Source of the DNA: Dehalococcoidia bacterium
GTDB taxonomy: Bacteria; Chloroflexota; Dehalococcoidia; UBA2979
DNA length: 64,000 bases
NCBI GenBank assembly: GCA_965226785.1
Contig: CBDDEC010000003.1
Span: forward strand, 899,914-963,913
Reading direction: 5' to 3'
The notes under the pieces: model-generated
Database searches by the model: none
Told to the model about the DNA's origin: nothing
What the model saw: only the letters and a program-made list of their open reading frames with translations
Position numbers and translations under genes: made by a program
Shown: positions 61,788-64,000 of the stretch, in pieces
Numbering within the stretch: the first letter of the stretch is position 1
How the letters are laid out: every line of letters begins with the position of its first letter

Positions 61788-62939
61788 TCACACCGCAACC
61801 AGGATCAGCGGGGTGAGCGCGGTCACGGCGAGGAAGGCGACTACCCCTCGACGTGTCGAGGTGAGATGCGTCGCCAGCCACAGCACGGCGGCGGCGAACG
61901 GGCGGTGTCCGACCGTGACGAGGATGACCGAGAGCGCGCCGACCGAAACCGCCAGCGCGACGACGGCGGCCACCGCCTCCGCGCTGTCGAGCAGCAGTGC
62001 TGCGAATAGCGTGTCGACCAGTGTGGTGACGTTCGCGCCGAGGATGTACGGCACCAGGTCGCGTCGCCGCACGACCCCACGCAACGTCAGCGGGACGAGC
62101 AGCGCGATCGACAGCCCGGCGGACATGGTGATGGCGGTGACGCCGGCGCCGACGAGGAAGGTGACGCGCGGGGAGCGCGATCCGCGCGCCGCGTCCTCGA
62201 ACCCGGTGCCCGGCGTCTCCAGCGTGGGCAGCAGCCGGTCGAAGAGCCAGAACGCGCCGAGGAGCAGGCCCACGCCCAGCGCCAGCAGTCCTACATCCGG
62301 CAGTCGCTCTGCCAGCGGATCCGAGAGCGGCGCGACGACGCCCTCGCCGGCGCCGGCGAAGCCGCTCGGGATCGCCTCGGCGGTCGCGCGGAGCCCTTCG
62401 CTGCCCGCGAGCGGCGAGGCGAGGGCGAGGGCGGGCACGTAGAGCGCGAACGTCACGATCATCGCGACCACGCCCACGAAGATGGCGTCGGGGCCGCGGC
62501 GGCCGCGCAGCCAGGCGGCTAGCGCCGCGAGCAGCACGATCAGCGAGGCGCCGAGGCGCGAACCGGCAATCATCGCCAGTGCGCCGCCTCGCTCGATTGC
62601 ACCGCCGTCGAGCAACGACAGAGCGAGCGCCGCCACGGGGCTGCCCGAGAGCGCGCCGTAGGCCGTCAGCCAGGCGGCGCCCACGAGGTTCGGCGAACCC
62701 TCGACATCGAGTCGCGCGAAGAGGTCCGCGACGCCGCCCGCGCCCGCCGCGAGCAAGTGCAGCGCCAGCGCGAACAGGTAGACCGCTCCGAGCACTGATG
62801 CTGCGATGCGACCTCGCCTGCGCCAGGCGAGCCGCGGTCCCCCGCGGTCGAGTTGAGCCTCGGCGTTGCGGTGCGCGTGCCACGTCGCCAGCGCATCCTC
62901 GCCGAGCGAGGTCGGAGCTACGCGTCTTGCGTTGGTCAC
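61788..62939 (-). CDS. Na+/phosphate symporter-like membrane protein (divergent)
   Basis: Multiple TM helices, MIAGSRLGAS and PYILGANVTT motifs. Confidence 0.65.
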   Translation of the reverse strand: MTNARRVAPTSLGEDALATWHAHRNAEAQLDRGGPRLAWRRRGRIAASVLGAVYLFALALHLLAAGAGGVADLFARLDVEGSPNLVGAAWLTAYGALSGSPVAALALSLLDGGAIERGGALAMIAGSRLGASLIVLLAALAAWLRGRRGPDAIFVGVVAMIVTFALYVPALALASPLAGSEGLRATAEAIPSGFAGAGEGVVAPLSDPLAERLPDVGLLALGVGLLLGAFWLFDRLLPTLETPGTGFEDAARGSRSPRVTFLVGAGVTAITMSAGLSIALLVPLTLRGVVRRRDLVPYILGANVTTLVDTLFAALLLDSAEAVAAVVALAVSVGALSVILVTVGHRPFAAAVLWLATHLTSTRRGVVAFLAVTALTPLILVAV

Positions 62940-63174
62940 GGCTGAGCCAACCGGGACATGTCGCGCCGTTCAGGTGTAGTTGTGTTTCTTGAGCGTGATA
63001 GTCGTGAATTGAGCAGAGATCGAGTGTACCGCTCGGAGCACCGCGATCAACTGCAGCGCGTATGCCCGCCGGCGGGGGTTCCACTGCCGCGTAGTCATCG
63101 ATTGGATTAGAGTCGCGCTCGATGCGCTTGCGTAACGTTCCCACCGACCGCTCCGGCATCGCGCGAGTACGACG

Positions 63175-64000
63175 TTGAGAACATTCGTCCGCGCGGCGAT
63201 CGTCATCACCTCTCTGTACGGCTTCCTTGCTGGCGTCTCAATGTTGGAGGCGGGCATCCAGGCGCTCGGCGACGGGTTCCAGGAGGGGCTGCTGGATAGC
63301 GTCGACCATCCGCTCGCGGGTCTCTTCGCCGGCATCCTCGCAACCGTACTCGTCCAGTCCTCGTCGGTCTCGACCTCGACGATCGTGGGGCTGGTCGGCA
63401 GCGGAGCGATCGGTGTGCCGACGGCGGTGCCGATGATCATGGGCGCCAACATCGGCACCACGGTGACGAACACGGTGGCCGCCGTCGGCTCGGCGCGCCG
63501 CACCGAGGAGTTCCGGCGTGCCTTCGCGGGCGCGACGATGCATGACTTCTTCAACCTCATCGCCGTCGCGATCTTCCTCCCGATCGAGATTGCGACGGGC
63601 TTCCTCGCCAAGCTCGCAAACCGTGTGGCTGAGCCGCTCGGCGGTTCCGTCGAGGGTGGTAAGACCAGCAGCCCGATCAAGGACGCGGTGCGCGAACCGG
63701 TCGCGATCGTGAAGGACTTCATCGAGGGCTTCACCGATTCCGAACGCGCGATCGGGACGCTCCTGATCATTGTTGGTCTGTCGCTGATCTTCGTCGCATT
63801 GGCGCTGATCACCACGAACATGCGGCAGATCATCGCGTCGCGCATTGAGCGAGTGCTCAATCGCTTCGTCGCCAGTGGCGGCGGGATAGTTGGCATGGGC
63901 GTGGGGCTCGTCACCACGGTGGCTGTGCAGTCGTCGAGCATCACGACGTCGATCCTGGTGCCGATGGTCGGATCGGGCATCCTGGCAGTGCGCAACGCCT
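63175..64000 (+). CDS. Na+/phosphate symporter (NptA/SLC34-like), runs off the window; start uncertain
   Basis: LVQSSSVSTS, IMGANIGTTVTNT, AGATMHDFFN, VQSSSITTS. Confidence 0.88.
   Translation, partial: MRTFVRAAIVITSLYGFLAGVSMLEAGIQALGDGFQEGLLDSVDHPLAGLFAGILATVLVQSSSVSTSTIVGLVGSGAIGVPTAVPMIMGANIGTTVTNTVAAVGSARRTEEFRRAFAGATMHDFFNLIAVAIFLPIEIATGFLAKLANRVAEPLGGSVEGGKTSSPIKDAVREPVAIVKDFIEGFTDSERAIGTLLIIVGLSLIFVALALITTNMRQIIASRIERVLNRFVASGGGIVGMGVGLVTTVAVQSSSITTSILVPMVGSGILAVRNA

Overview
GC-rich bacterial window. The gene content (paralogous single-chain acyl-CoA carboxylases, family III CoA-transferases, DUF1800/DUF1501/NHL triplets, an F420-type LLM oxidoreductase, a Tat-lipoprotein ABC binding protein) resembles Chloroflexota Dehalococcoidia/SAR202; this assignment is inference only. 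The main result is two near-identical IS110 elements (645-1984 and 31157-32496). Each sits at the same CAG, 4 bp inside the terminal inverted repeat of a different IS6-family element: the downstream end in one case, the upstream end in the other. Their ~270-bp non-coding left end has a bridge-RNA-like layout. One loop carries guides matching the IS6 IR target, a second carries guides matching the element's own circle junction, and both show apparent handshake extensions. Joining the element ends creates a TTGACA-N18-GATGAT promoter. The one visible IS6 IR that was not invaded differs at a base read by the predicted guide. The window also holds a decayed island at tRNA-Arg(TCT) that duplicates the 5' half of the tRNA, an IS3 element with a 3-bp target duplication, several tRNA 3' fragments, a stretch of gene fragments (36.5-47.4 kb), and ordinary metabolic genes toward the right end. 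All alignments and base-pairings were done by eye; no database searches were run.
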